57,701 nucleotides of DNA from a virus (IMGVR_UViG_3300005805_000102:1-57701), one strand, 5' to 3'. Positions 17,810 through 26,112 are shown, counted from the first letter of the stretch. Notes: generated by a model from the sequence alone, not told the origin. Numbers and translations are program-made.

Positions 17810-18193
17810 GTGATGATCAACGAAAAACTTGAGGTCCTAGTAAAAATTTTTGACCTCAGAAATGTGGAAATCGTCCTTGACGTTCCGAAAAATCTAGCAG
17901 GCACAAAAATTCTACAGTCAACTATCGAAAAGTATTTGCCTGATATTTCAGTTCGCGTGGCCTCTGCGGCGTGGACTCTACTCTTCGCAGTATACAAACA
18001 AAAGTTTTCAGAAGGCACGTACGAAACCTTCACGAACAATTTCATGTGTTCCGCAGTGGGTAACGAAGCATTTCAAGAAACCCTCGCGCATGTGGCAACC
18101 AAAATCAAGCAAAATATTACAGTAGAGGACCTAAAACCTCTCATAGAAGAGGCAAACCAAAAACAAAAGGAACCAAATGCTGAAGGCTCTTAA
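17810..18193 (+). CDS. Hypothetical protein, paralog of 10562-10942
   Basis: Aligns by eye over its full length with 10562. Confidence 0.65.
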   Translation: MMINEKLEVLVKIFDLRNVEIVLDVPKNLAGTKILQSTIEKYLPDISVRVASAAWTLLFAVYKQKFSEGTYETFTNNFMCSAVGNEAFQETLAHVATKIKQNITVEDLKPLIEEANQKQKEPNAEGS

Positions 18194-18425
18194 ACACCTC
18201 ATATTCGCTGAGACTGATGATGCTGGAAAAGTGAGCCAAATTTCTGGTGATGGTCATGCATCTCTTCTCGTGCCTGTGAAAGCGTTTGATAGAGCCAGTG
18301 AGAGAGCTGTGAAAAGGTGCCTCGCTCAGACTGTCGGTGTGGTAAATGATGTTCAGGTACTCAAAGTTGCAAAAGGTGTCGTAAGTGGTTCTTACTACTT
18401 GGTGAAAGTTTCGTTTCGAGCGTGA
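18177..18425 (+). CDS. Hypothetical protein
   Basis: AAGGA RBS; open frame. Confidence 0.5.
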   Translation: MLKALKHLIFAETDDAGKVSQISGDGHASLLVPVKAFDRASERAVKRCLAQTVGVVNDVQVLKVAKGVVSGSYYLVKVSFRA

Positions 18426-18582
18426 ACCACAAATCCTATTGTGTGCTCGTGTGTCTGCACTTAGGATACTGAATTCCTATTAAATTCGCATACTGTAACT
18501 TATTGAATCCTTAATGTGTTTTGGATACGAATTTTTCGTACCATAGTGCGTAAGTGTGCGAAATTCGTGTTTGGAATATTTC

Positions 18583-18612
18583 TTGACTTCCATGTGGAAC
18601 CTGTCGTATACT
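18583..18612 (+). promoter_or_regulatory. Early promoter cassette P1 with an internal palindrome
   Basis: TTGACT-N18-TATACT; TTCCA-TG-TGGAA inverted repeat at 18588-18599. Confidence 0.75.
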
Positions 18613-18633
18613 GTAAGTATAGAGATAAGAGAT

Positions 18634-18873
18634 ATGAATAAGACTTTCACAAAGACCGATGCTCGCCACTGTAAGGCGTATGTAAGTGTGCTTAAGAGCC
18701 ACTACGATGGATTAACTAGCTATCGCGGAAGAGTTTGGTTTTACGATTCTGGTGTCCGACTTTTCACAATGATCACCGATGTCGATAGACTCGATCCAAA
18801 TGATGCGATTGAGGATGCTGTCTTCCTCATGAATGAGAATGGTGATTGGAAAGAGAGCAGGACTCGCAAGTAA
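18634..18873 (+). CDS. Early-region hypothetical protein
   Basis: First ATG after P1. Confidence 0.6.
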   Translation: MNKTFTKTDARHCKAYVSVLKSHYDGLTSYRGRVWFYDSGVRLFTMITDVDRLDPNDAIEDAVFLMNENGDWKESRTRK

Positions 18874-18888
18874 TTTTAAGGAGTTAGT

Positions 18889-19110
18889 ATGGCAAAGTGG
18901 GCATTAGACGTTGTACAGCAGAAAGCAGTTTGGGACTATATCGATGCCCATGACTGGACGAATCGCCTGAGTGACGATGTTTGGTACTCTGATGGTGTGT
19001 TCAAGTGGGAAGCATGTGGCGAAGCTGTCGCAGAGGCTCTTGGATTTACTACTGACGCAGAGATCGCAGATTGTATTCATATCGCATCTCTTTATGAGAA
19101 TCATGAGTAA
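18889..19110 (+). CDS. Small acidic early-region protein
   Basis: AAGGAG RBS; D/E-rich. Confidence 0.65.
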   Translation: MAKWALDVVQQKAVWDYIDAHDWTNRLSDDVWYSDGVFKWEACGEAVAEALGFTTDAEIADCIHIASLYENHE

Positions 19111-19147
19111 CACCGCGAGCATGTAACGATTAACAGAAATTAGGAGT

Positions 19148-19366
19148 ATGAATATGACATTAGTAGAAAGATACAACAGACTGAAAGAAATCGAAAGACA
19201 GATTACGAACTTACGAGCATGGCAAGCTCGATTCTACGATGACCCCGTCGAGGTATCTTCCTTGAGTGAAGATATTGATGCTCTTATTGACGAGCGTATC
19301 GCAATCTTCAAGCAATTCAAAGAAGAGAGAGTTGATGCTCTCCACCACCTTATTGTGAATGGTTAA
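19148..19366 (+). CDS. Small helical-hairpin early-region protein
   Basis: AGGAG RBS; loosely similar to 26624. Confidence 0.6.
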   Translation: MNMTLVERYNRLKEIERQITNLRAWQARFYDDPVEVSSLSEDIDALIDERIAIFKQFKEERVDALHHLIVNG

Positions 19367-19371
19367 TTTCC

Positions 19372-19551
19372 ATGAAGCGAAAAACCACAGAGGATGATAT
19401 CAAGTATCTGCTCGCACATAGGAACAGCATACTAGACAAGTTGCCTGAAATTCACAGAAGGGGCGGCGACGAGAAACTCGCGGTCTACATGAAGGCAATT
19501 ATGGATATCACAAAGCAGATCGAAGAGCTGAAAGCTGAGAATAACGAATAG
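19372..19551 (+). CDS. Small hypothetical protein (59 aa, not in the ORF track)
   Basis: MKRKTTEDDIKYLL..EELKAENNE*; fills the gap between neighbours. Confidence 0.5.
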   Translation: MKRKTTEDDIKYLLAHRNSILDKLPEIHRRGGDEKLAVYMKAIMDITKQIEELKAENNE

Positions 19552-19559
19552 GAGACATT

Positions 19560-19742
19560 ATGGAAAACACATACAACGAAACACTCGCAAAGGTTAAGGA
19601 AGCTAAAGATAAGTGGCAAGAGGTTGTCACTCTTTGCAATCTTGATGGTGACCAGGATGCCGCACATGCTGCCAGCAAAATTCTGTGCAAGCTCATGGCA
19701 TTAGAGTTTCATCTTAACGCCCTTTCCAAATTTGGATTGTAG
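19560..19742 (+). CDS. Small helical hypothetical protein
   Basis: AGGAG RBS. Confidence 0.55.
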   Translation: MENTYNETLAKVKEAKDKWQEVVTLCNLDGDQDAAHAASKILCKLMALEFHLNALSKFGL

Positions 19743-19786
19743 GATTCCACAAGGATTGCAAAAAGGCAAAATTTCACATTTTGTTA

Positions 19787-19815
19787 TTGCAACCAGAACC
19801 ATTCCCTGTTACTAT
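19787..19815 (+). promoter_or_regulatory. sigma70-type promoter
   Basis: TTGCAA-N17-TACTAT with extended TG; ATTCCACA upstream at ~19744. Confidence 0.5.
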
Positions 19816-19837
19816 GATTAGACAGTAGGAGATTTTT

Positions 19838-20233
19838 ATGATGAACCGCGAAGATGTGATGAACGCAGTAAAAGAGGGCAAGAGAGTTATCATCATGCTC
19901 AACAAAGCAGAAGTGGTGATGTCGCGCTCGATGCCAATGGCAGTGAAAGGTGTTGCTGCCGCAAATCTTGCAAAGATTATCGTTAAGGATCCAGTTTTCG
20001 GAACCGTCTATTTCTCTGGCTTCTCACAGAAGCTCTTCGACATGTTCGAGAAAGACGGCATCAACGCACAGGTCTCTTTGAAGGTAACTGTAACGGGTAT
20101 GGGAGATGCTACTGACAAGTATCCAGATCCTATACTTTTTGCAAAACCTCACCTGAAAAAGGGAGATCCTCTTGTCATCGATTTCCCTGTCGATGGCACT
20201 AAGATGGATTCAGAATTGCCTATAAACGTGTAA
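19838..20233 (+). CDS. Hypothetical beta-rich protein
   Basis: AGGAG RBS; open frame. Confidence 0.6.
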   Translation: MMNREDVMNAVKEGKRVIIMLNKAEVVMSRSMPMAVKGVAAANLAKIIVKDPVFGTVYFSGFSQKLFDMFEKDGINAQVSLKVTVTGMGDATDKYPDPILFAKPHLKKGDPLVIDFPVDGTKMDSELPINV

Positions 20234-20249
20234 ATTGGAGAAATGGAAA

Positions 20250-20522
20250 ATGGTTAATCTCAACACTACAGATGCATCTCTTTGGGGTCGCAATCCGGCA
20301 GAACGCCAGGCTCTCGTTCGTGAATTTGTCGAGAAGCTCGGAGTTGTCGTGACTCGCAAGCAGGTTATTTCTCTGCTTCAGTCAACGGGTCGCACTCACG
20401 CTGATGCAACGTGGCTCTTTAACAATCGTATTTTTCGCGCAGCTCGTGGCCAGTATACGCTACAGCCGCTCATTTCAGATGGTGACAAGCAAACGGTTTC
20501 GCAGGGTGCACCGCTATCGTAA
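20250..20522 (+). CDS. Putative small DNA-binding (winged-helix-like) protein
   Basis: VVTRKQV..WLFN..RAARGQYTL pattern. Confidence 0.45.
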   Translation: MVNLNTTDASLWGRNPAERQALVREFVEKLGVVVTRKQVISLLQSTGRTHADATWLFNNRIFRAARGQYTLQPLISDGDKQTVSQGAPLS

Positions 20523-20540
20523 TACACTCCTTGATGATTC

Positions 20541-20640
20541 AGTAAAGCCGCACCTTTACTAGGAACCGCGCTCGTAGCTGCCCCCTCCTGCGAGTGATAA
20601 GTAAGACAAGAGGGTCGCACCTCTGAGGGGGCATCTTTTT
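20541..20640 (+). ncRNA. Candidate structured RNA or terminator-switch element
   Basis: GC-rich intergenic stems AGTAAAG/CTTTACT, CTCGTAG/CTGCGAG, TGCCCCCTC/GAGGGGGCA and AGAGG/CCTCT, then TCTTTTT. Confidence 0.45.
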
Positions 20641-20680
20641 CACCTTGCGCTAACGTGCTCGGCGTCATATAGGTAGAAAC

Positions 20681-20902
20681 ATGTCGATGAACAATTTTCA
20701 GATAGACATCATAGACGGCACGTACAACATTTTCTTTGAAAACAAATTCATAGGCCACATTCAATACAGCACTGAAGATCAGGGGTTCATTGTTCAACCT
20801 CACGGTGCATCCTACAACGGGTTCTTTAAAGAACTTGAGACAGCGATCACAGAACTTGTTTTTCATACTTATGCCTCTAACAGAAAAGTGCCTAGTTGCT
20901 AG
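20681..20902 (+). CDS. Hypothetical protein
   Basis: AGGT RBS; open frame. Confidence 0.55.
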   Translation: MSMNNFQIDIIDGTYNIFFENKFIGHIQYSTEDQGFIVQPHGASYNGFFKELETAITELVFHTYASNRKVPSC

Positions 20903-21182
20903 ATGATTCTGAGTCTACAACCCTGAACTCGATGAAGTCACACTCATACGACTCGACAAACCGGTGCTTGCGAACTTGAGTGATGAAGAATTTTCCGATA
21001 CGACTCACAAGAGGCACATCAACGACATCTGCTGTTCCAACAAATTCCTGAAGTCCTGCTTGTAGAACTTGCAGCCTCTTCTTGAGAAATCTGCAACGAC
21101 GTTCTAACTCTAGCCTCTCATCATCAATCTGACGAAACTCGATTGCTAATACTTCTGCTTCTGCTTGCTTCTTCTTGTTCAT
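20892..21182 (-). CDS. Hypothetical coiled-coil protein
   Basis: GAGG RBS before the ATG at 21182. Confidence 0.55.
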   Translation of the reverse strand: MNKKKQAEAEVLAIEFRQIDDERLELERRCRFLKKRLQVLQAGLQEFVGTADVVDVPLVSRIGKFFITQVRKHRFVESYECDFIEFRVVDSESSSN

Positions 21183-21242
21183 ACAACCTCTTAAAAATTG
21201 GATCACCTTGCTGGCTTAGCAAAGTGATCCTGTTCGCACTCA

Positions 21243-21665
21243 CTACGCACCTCTAACAACAACCTCGTGTGGGTATCTCGATAGCAAACTTGTGCTAACA
21301 AGAAACTCTCCTAGCTTGTTGTCTGGCATTTTAGAAAGTCCAGGAAAGCCCTCACTCACAAGTGAAGATAACGCAGGCTTACCGGCTTTACTGCGAAGGA
21401 ACTTCACTAGGAGATCTTGAGCTTGTTTTCGAGACATCACGAATTGTGGCAAGACCCATTCTCTCTGCCACTTTCTGTGAGTCGCTACAGACTTCGCTCT
21501 GCCAAACATTCGAGCTCCGTTTCCCCAACCCTCTTCCCGCGGCCTTCGATATGTGCGGTTCTTAGAACCTTTTGGTCGACCACGCTTTCTGATGACTACA
21601 GCATCATCGTGATGCTCTTGCTGAGTGTCTGTTGCGTTTCTGTCTTGGTTTATCACTTCGTTCAT
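21243..21665 (-). CDS. AT-hook DNA-binding protein
   Basis: RKRGRPKGSKNR AT-hook; AAGGAG RBS; TTGACT..TATAAG promoter on the minus strand at ~21808-21836. Confidence 0.65.
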   Translation of the reverse strand: MNEVINQDRNATDTQQEHHDDAVVIRKRGRPKGSKNRTYRRPREEGWGNGARMFGRAKSVATHRKWQREWVLPQFVMSRKQAQDLLVKFLRSKAGKPALSSLVSEGFPGLSKMPDNKLGEFLVSTSLLSRYPHEVVVRGA

Positions 21666-22087
21666 ACATTCTCCTTACACTAGAAACTCGCTCATTAGCA
21701 GAATTGCTCTTGAGTTTGTTTCATCTCATAAAACTATGTTCGTATGGATCCACAAATTACTCAAGCCCTAAATTCGCATTTTTTGAGCAGCTTGAGCAGC
21801 TTGGCTTCTTATATACGGCACAAGAAGAAAAGTCAAAATGCTGTTGAAACGGGTACTTACCTGTTGTAACATGCGCTGTAGCAGCAATAGTGCTGGATTC
21901 GTTTAGGAGCGGTTATGATATTTGTCGTGTACATCGCAGAGGGGGTAGTCGGATTCGTGTGCCATGAGCTTTCTGTGCTTTTACAGCACATGCGAGAAAA
22001 TCGTATTCACAAAGTTGAAGTTTGGAACAAAAACGTTCGAAGAGCAGCACACTGGTAATAAGTAGCTGATTCCATATATCTCATCTT

Positions 22088-22120
22088 AGGCCAAGTAGCT
22101 AAAACTACTTGGCTTTTTTT
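22088..22120 (+). terminator. Rho-independent terminator
   Basis: GCCAAGTAG-CTAAAA-CTACTTGGC followed by T7. Confidence 0.85.
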
Positions 22121-22143
22121 ATGGTTTCTGTGGAATTTCGTGG

Positions 22144-22178
22144 TTGACAAAATTGTGGAACCTATGAGATACTATAAT
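22144..22178 (+). promoter_or_regulatory. Early promoter cassette P2
   Basis: AATTTCGTGG-TTGACA-aaatTGTGGAAcc..TG-GATACT/TATAAT. Confidence 0.75.
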
Positions 22179-22195
22179 TGAAGAGAGAGATTGAT

Positions 22196-22573
22196 ATGAA
22201 GACGATAAAGACCCTGTTAAAGAGAATCAAGACCGAAGAGCTAAAGTTGGAGAAGCAGATCGCAGCAGCGTATGCCACTGGCATCAAAGAGCTCCTTGTT
22301 GAGTCGAACGACCTTGTTGGGAAGACCATCTCGTTGAATGAGCCAGTAACCACTTGGCAGAGAGGTCAGCTCCACTATCGCGTAACTAAGATTCACCGCT
22401 TGACGAGAGACTTTTACACTGATTCGAGTGGTCCTCTAGTTCTCGAATTCTCGGCTGAACTTGTTCGCAAGCCCAAGAATTTTCGACGCAACTATGAGCG
22501 CCGAGTCGGTAAAGTTTATCGTAAGCAGCTTCGGCTGTCCACTCTCGCAGATGTTAAGGTTTTGTCAAAGTAA
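22196..22573 (+). CDS. Early-region hypothetical protein
   Basis: First ATG after P2. Confidence 0.6.
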   Translation: MKTIKTLLKRIKTEELKLEKQIAAAYATGIKELLVESNDLVGKTISLNEPVTTWQRGQLHYRVTKIHRLTRDFYTDSSGPLVLEFSAELVRKPKNFRRNYERRVGKVYRKQLRLSTLADVKVLSK

Positions 22574-22581
22574 GGAGATAT

Positions 22582-22881
22582 ATGAAACTGTTGACTGATT
22601 CTCAAATAAAGACAATCAAGCGCGCCGCAGACTATCGCGGCCGTAACGTGAAGCACAAGGACTTTGTTCCTGGCTTGAACTTGAATTCCTACTGGGATAG
22701 CGGTTCTCGTGACTACTTCTACTATGTGAACATTGTGACTGGTGCAACTCGACAGGTTCCTCAGAATGGTACACCATTCGATAGACTGAACCTTACAGCA
22801 GATACTCTCGACGCAAACACCGTGATTGCCGAGCGCGTGGTCATGCGAGGTAAGGACATCGCACTTTACATATACTCATAA
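22582..22881 (+). CDS. Conserved phage hypothetical protein
   Basis: AAGGAG RBS; YRGR..LNSYWDSGSRDYFY..GKD motif. Confidence 0.6.
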   Translation: MKLLTDSQIKTIKRAADYRGRNVKHKDFVPGLNLNSYWDSGSRDYFYYVNIVTGATRQVPQNGTPFDRLNLTADTLDANTVIAERVVMRGKDIALYIYS

Positions 22882-22890
22882 GGAGATACA

Positions 22891-23070
22891 ATGGATACGT
22901 TTACCGCAGTTATGATTCTCGAAGGCAACCAAGATGCAGAGACAATCGAGGAGTATCTCGAAGCAGCTCAGGTGCTTGTTGACACAGGCCTAGCATGGCA
23001 GCTTCAGGGGTTCTTCGGCCGCACATGCGCCGCACTTATTGAGCAGGGTCTTATACGTCCAAAGGAGTAA
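22891..23070 (+). CDS. Conserved small phage protein (59 aa, not in the ORF track)
   Basis: AAGGAG RBS; QVLVDTGLAWQLQGFFGRTCAALIEQG, a motif I recall from small phage early proteins. Confidence 0.65.
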   Translation: MDTFTAVMILEGNQDAETIEEYLEAAQVLVDTGLAWQLQGFFGRTCAALIEQGLIRPKE

Positions 23071-23071
23071 T

Positions 23072-23290
23072 ATGAACACTGATATTGATATTGGAGATGT
23101 AGTCTCGGTGTGGTTTTCTGCTTCCTACGGCGGTGGATATGAGACTCAAGGTGTGGTCACTAGGATTTTTCAGACCAGGGATGGAGAGACGTATTACGAA
23201 GTCGAACTTCACAACGCTGTCGATTTTGTAGGCAAAGTCCACGAAAGGTGTTTTATAGAAACAAACGAAGTGGAAAAGGTTGAGAGGTAG
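23072..23290 (+). CDS. Small SH3/KOW-like beta protein
   Basis: IDIGDVVSV..GVVTRI..YYEVEL; AAGGAG RBS. Confidence 0.55.
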   Translation: MNTDIDIGDVVSVWFSASYGGGYETQGVVTRIFQTRDGETYYEVELHNAVDFVGKVHERCFIETNEVEKVER

Positions 23291-23291
23291 T

Positions 23292-23639
23292 ATGATTCGT
23301 ATTGAAATCGAACGCTTGAGGAAGCGCCTAGAAATACAAGAGGGTCGAAAGATTACCAACAAGGAGCTTTCGCAACTCAGTGGGTGTGATAGGAACGTGC
23401 TGTCTCGTATTGCAGCACGTCCGGACATCATTCCCTCTGCGGCAGTCATCGACAAACTAGCACAATTCTTTTTCAATGCACTAGAAAACAAAACACCCGA
23501 TGAAGATCCTCATGAGCACATGAAAATGATTCTTTTGGATATGGTTCAAGTGTTTCCAGACTCGATCACTAACGATAGAATAGAGCAGTTTAAGCAATTC
23601 AAAACCGTGCCAGCATCCGTGCTGTGGGACTTTGTGTAG
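23292..23639 (+). CDS. XRE/Cro-C1-type HTH transcriptional regulator
   Basis: GRKITNKELSQLSGCDRNVLSRIA..PSAAVIDKLAQFF. Confidence 0.75.
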   Translation: MIRIEIERLRKRLEIQEGRKITNKELSQLSGCDRNVLSRIAARPDIIPSAAVIDKLAQFFFNALENKTPDEDPHEHMKMILLDMVQVFPDSITNDRIEQFKQFKTVPASVLWDFV

Positions 23640-23650
23640 TAGGAGAACAT

Positions 23651-23863
23651 ATGAAGAAGGTGACACTTCCGGACTTCCTTACAGACCGAGAGATTGGTCT
23701 CGCCCTGTCGCTAGGCAACGCCAGAGACATATGTGAGCAAGTTATTAAACCGAGCATAGCAAGAATCGACAGAGACTTGGGCCAAAAGAACGACCCTATG
23801 TATCTTGCGTATGTTGTAGAGTATGCACTGTCGCAGTATAGAAAGGAGAGCAATCGTGGTTAG
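23651..23863 (+). CDS. Hypothetical protein
   Basis: AGGAG RBS before the ATG at 23651. Confidence 0.55.
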   Translation: MKKVTLPDFLTDREIGLALSLGNARDICEQVIKPSIARIDRDLGQKNDPMYLAYVVEYALSQYRKESNRG

Positions 23864-24104
23864 GAAATTTGGTGATAAGCAGATGTGCGAGATCGACGCG
23901 GCACGAAATCGCAAAGTTCTCGTATCGTACTCAACGCCTGTAGTGGTAAAAGATGGACATCACTTTTTCGTGACGACTGAATACTTTAGCAGAACCACGA
24001 GTAAGCATATCAACATGTACTTGCGAGAAGAGAGCAGGGGTCAGCAGAGTGTCCACAGAGTCGATCAAGAGACTATCAAGAAGCTAGTTTCGGGTGAGAT
24101 ATAA
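23856..24104 (+). CDS. Conserved phage early protein
   Basis: VLVSYSTPV..FSRTTSKHINMYL motif; GTG start after AAGGAG. Confidence 0.6.
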   Translation: MVRKFGDKQMCEIDAARNRKVLVSYSTPVVVKDGHHFFVTTEYFSRTTSKHINMYLREESRGQQSVHRVDQETIKKLVSGEI

Positions 24105-24107
24105 ATA
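24100..24107 (+). promoter_or_regulatory. T4 late promoter (perfect consensus)
   Basis: TATAAATA, 6 nt before the ATG at 24113. Confidence 0.75.
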
Positions 24108-24112
24108 TCTGC

Positions 24113-24370
24113 ATGAAAAAGTTCAAGAAGTTCATAGCAGAAGAGCCGCTCAGGCCATCTGGCGCGTTTTTTGTAAAGGTCAAAAATGGCGTGGCTCAGC
24201 TATGCAATACTGACTATGCTATTCCTTGCGCCACTTTCGGCACTGGAATTGTGAGCGCAGTCATTCAGGGGGATGTCATAGTAACGACCACGAAGGACGG
24301 CCTTGTTCAAATCTGGCACCTTGATCCAGACAGTATGAACATTATTGGACCCACGAATACATATCGGTAG
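24113..24370 (+). CDS. Putative internal head protein
   Basis: MKKFKKFIAEE closely resembles the T4 IPII/IPIII capsid-targeting sequence MKTYQEFIAE. Confidence 0.65.
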   Translation: MKKFKKFIAEEPLRPSGAFFVKVKNGVAQLCNTDYAIPCATFGTGIVSAVIQGDVIVTTTKDGLVQIWHLDPDSMNIIGPTNTYR

Positions 24371-24375
24371 TTGTA

Positions 24376-25689
24376 ATGCGTTTGAGAAAATTCCTTTACC
24401 ACGGCGCTATCGCGCTGTTTTTTGCATCCATAATTGCGTCCCCAGCAAAGGTTGTGCTAAGAGGATTGGCAGAACTCAATAATGACCCCTCGAAGCACCT
24501 TGAGCCAATATCTGACGCACAGATTACCATTTTCGACAAACGAGCAAAGCACATCATCAAGTTGAGCACGAAAAAGAACTTCGACATTGGAACGAAGTCG
24601 GTATTCTTGCAGGGCACATTTACCAAAACCGGCACAACACTCGGTGCCGCAACTGATATTGTAAATGGCAAAGTTAGAGTCAGTTTCCCAGGCAAACCTC
24701 ACGGGTCTCGAAAGTCACGACAGAGACTCTATACACTCATAGTCAACACAAAAGACGGCGAAACTGTTGGCAGACTCAGTAGCATTCCTAGTTCAGTGTT
24801 AAAAGGTAAGACCTGTGGCGCAGAGGAGGGCAAGTCCCACACAGAGTCAATAGCAAGACCTTTGAATGAGGGTGTGCCAGCAAACCAAGCCCTTGTTGCA
24901 ACTCTACACACATACGCAGATCCAGAGTTTGTTGATGTTCATGGTGCTGCCACTGACGACGAAATAGCAACTATCGTAAACGAGGCTGAAGCCATCTACA
25001 GCCGGCAACTTGGTATTAGATTTCGGTTAGTTGGCAAAACTAAGTTCGCAGAGAGAACTCCCGATGTAGAGCCTGGCGATATTCTCGCGTCGTTTCTCAA
25101 CAACCCAGTTACCAAAAACGATAATGTAGACTTGAAGCACCTGTTCACTGGCAAAGATATGGAAGGCACGGTCGTGGGCCTCGCTTTCGTGAGTGCTGTC
25201 TGTTGGCAACCAAGCTACTCTTATGGCATCACTCAATCATACGGATTTTACACATCTTACATTTTTGCACACGAGATTGGTCATAATTTTGGTGCTCAAC
25301 ACGATACTGTAAATCGGGGCACACTGATGTATCCATATATCTCGCCAGGCTCTGGGTTCTCGCAAACGAGCATCAACCAGATAAGTTCTCATGTTATGAC
25401 TTACGGTTCGTGTCTAGATGTGGAGCCCATAGGTCCGGACCTTACAAAAGCAAAGCTATCGATAGGTCGCATCAACCGACTGATTGTGGGTAGACTTCTC
25501 GACGAGACAGGCGCGCCTATAGCTAATGAGCCCGTAAAGCTATATGTGAATGGTGTCGTAAAGGTGCTGAAGACTGACGCCCGCGGCGTGTTCCGCACTG
25601 TGATCAAGAATAAGCAGCGCCGTTTCGTGGTGTTCGTAACCACTAAGAAGGGTGAGTCTCGCAGCAGGGTGCTAAAGTTTCGCGTATGA
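24376..25689 (+). CDS. M12B/reprolysin-like zinc metalloprotease, probably exported
   Basis: HEIGHNFGAQHD metzincin motif plus Met-turn LMYP; HLFTG, VVGLAFVSAVC; Cys-switch-like KTCG; hydrophobic N-terminus. Confidence 0.85.
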   Translation: MRLRKFLYHGAIALFFASIIASPAKVVLRGLAELNNDPSKHLEPISDAQITIFDKRAKHIIKLSTKKNFDIGTKSVFLQGTFTKTGTTLGAATDIVNGKVRVSFPGKPHGSRKSRQRLYTLIVNTKDGETVGRLSSIPSSVLKGKTCGAEEGKSHTESIARPLNEGVPANQALVATLHTYADPEFVDVHGAATDDEIATIVNEAEAIYSRQLGIRFRLVGKTKFAERTPDVEPGDILASFLNNPVTKNDNVDLKHLFTGKDMEGTVVGLAFVSAVCWQPSYSYGITQSYGFYTSYIFAHEIGHNFGAQHDTVNRGTLMYPYISPGSGFSQTSINQISSHVMTYGSCLDVEPIGPDLTKAKLSIGRINRLIVGRLLDETGAPIANEPVKLYVNGVVKVLKTDARGVFRTVIKNKQRRFVVFVTTKKGESRSRVLKFRV

Positions 25690-25811
25690 CCAGAACGCAA
25701 CTTCTAAGGATATTCATAGGTTACCTATTTCTTAAGGTTACGATATTTGTGCCGTTAATTGCAGCTTGGCTCGTAACTCGCAGAAACGACGACGAAAAAT
25801 AATTCTTACTT

Positions 25812-25877
25812 AATCAGTAAATTACTGATTCCACGAAAATTTCGTGGTTGCGGATATTGTGGATTCTCTGATATACT
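25812..25877 (+). promoter_or_regulatory. Early promoter cassette P3 with tandem palindromes
   Basis: AATCAGTAA-A-TTACTGATT and CCACGAAA-A-TTTCGTGG, then TTGCGG-N18 (containing TGTGGATT)-TATACT. Confidence 0.7.
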
Positions 25878-25905
25878 TAGTATGTAAGATAGAGAGAAAA
25901 GAGAT

Positions 25906-26112
25906 ATGAACAAGTTAGATGTACAGCAAGCTGAGGCTTTCGCAAAGTTGATTGAAGATGCAGGGGTTGAGATGACGCCTGAGAACGCGCTAAAGTGTAT
26001 CGGGTTCGCTCGTGACGCTATGAGAGCTGGTGAGTGTTCTGTCGAGGCGTTCTATCGCGCAAAGCAGATAATCCTCACGCAAGTTGAAGTAACTGACAAG
26101 TGGGTGAACTAA
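25906..26112 (+). CDS. Early-region hypothetical protein
   Basis: First ATG after P3. Confidence 0.6.
   Translation: MNKLDVQQAEAFAKLIEDAGVEMTPENALKCIGFARDAMRAGECSVEAFYRAKQIILTQVEVTDKWVN

Noticed and set aside
20529-20570. Hammerhead ribozyme near TTGATGA
   Set aside because: The core would need CTGANGA and GAAA in the right stem context, which is not present
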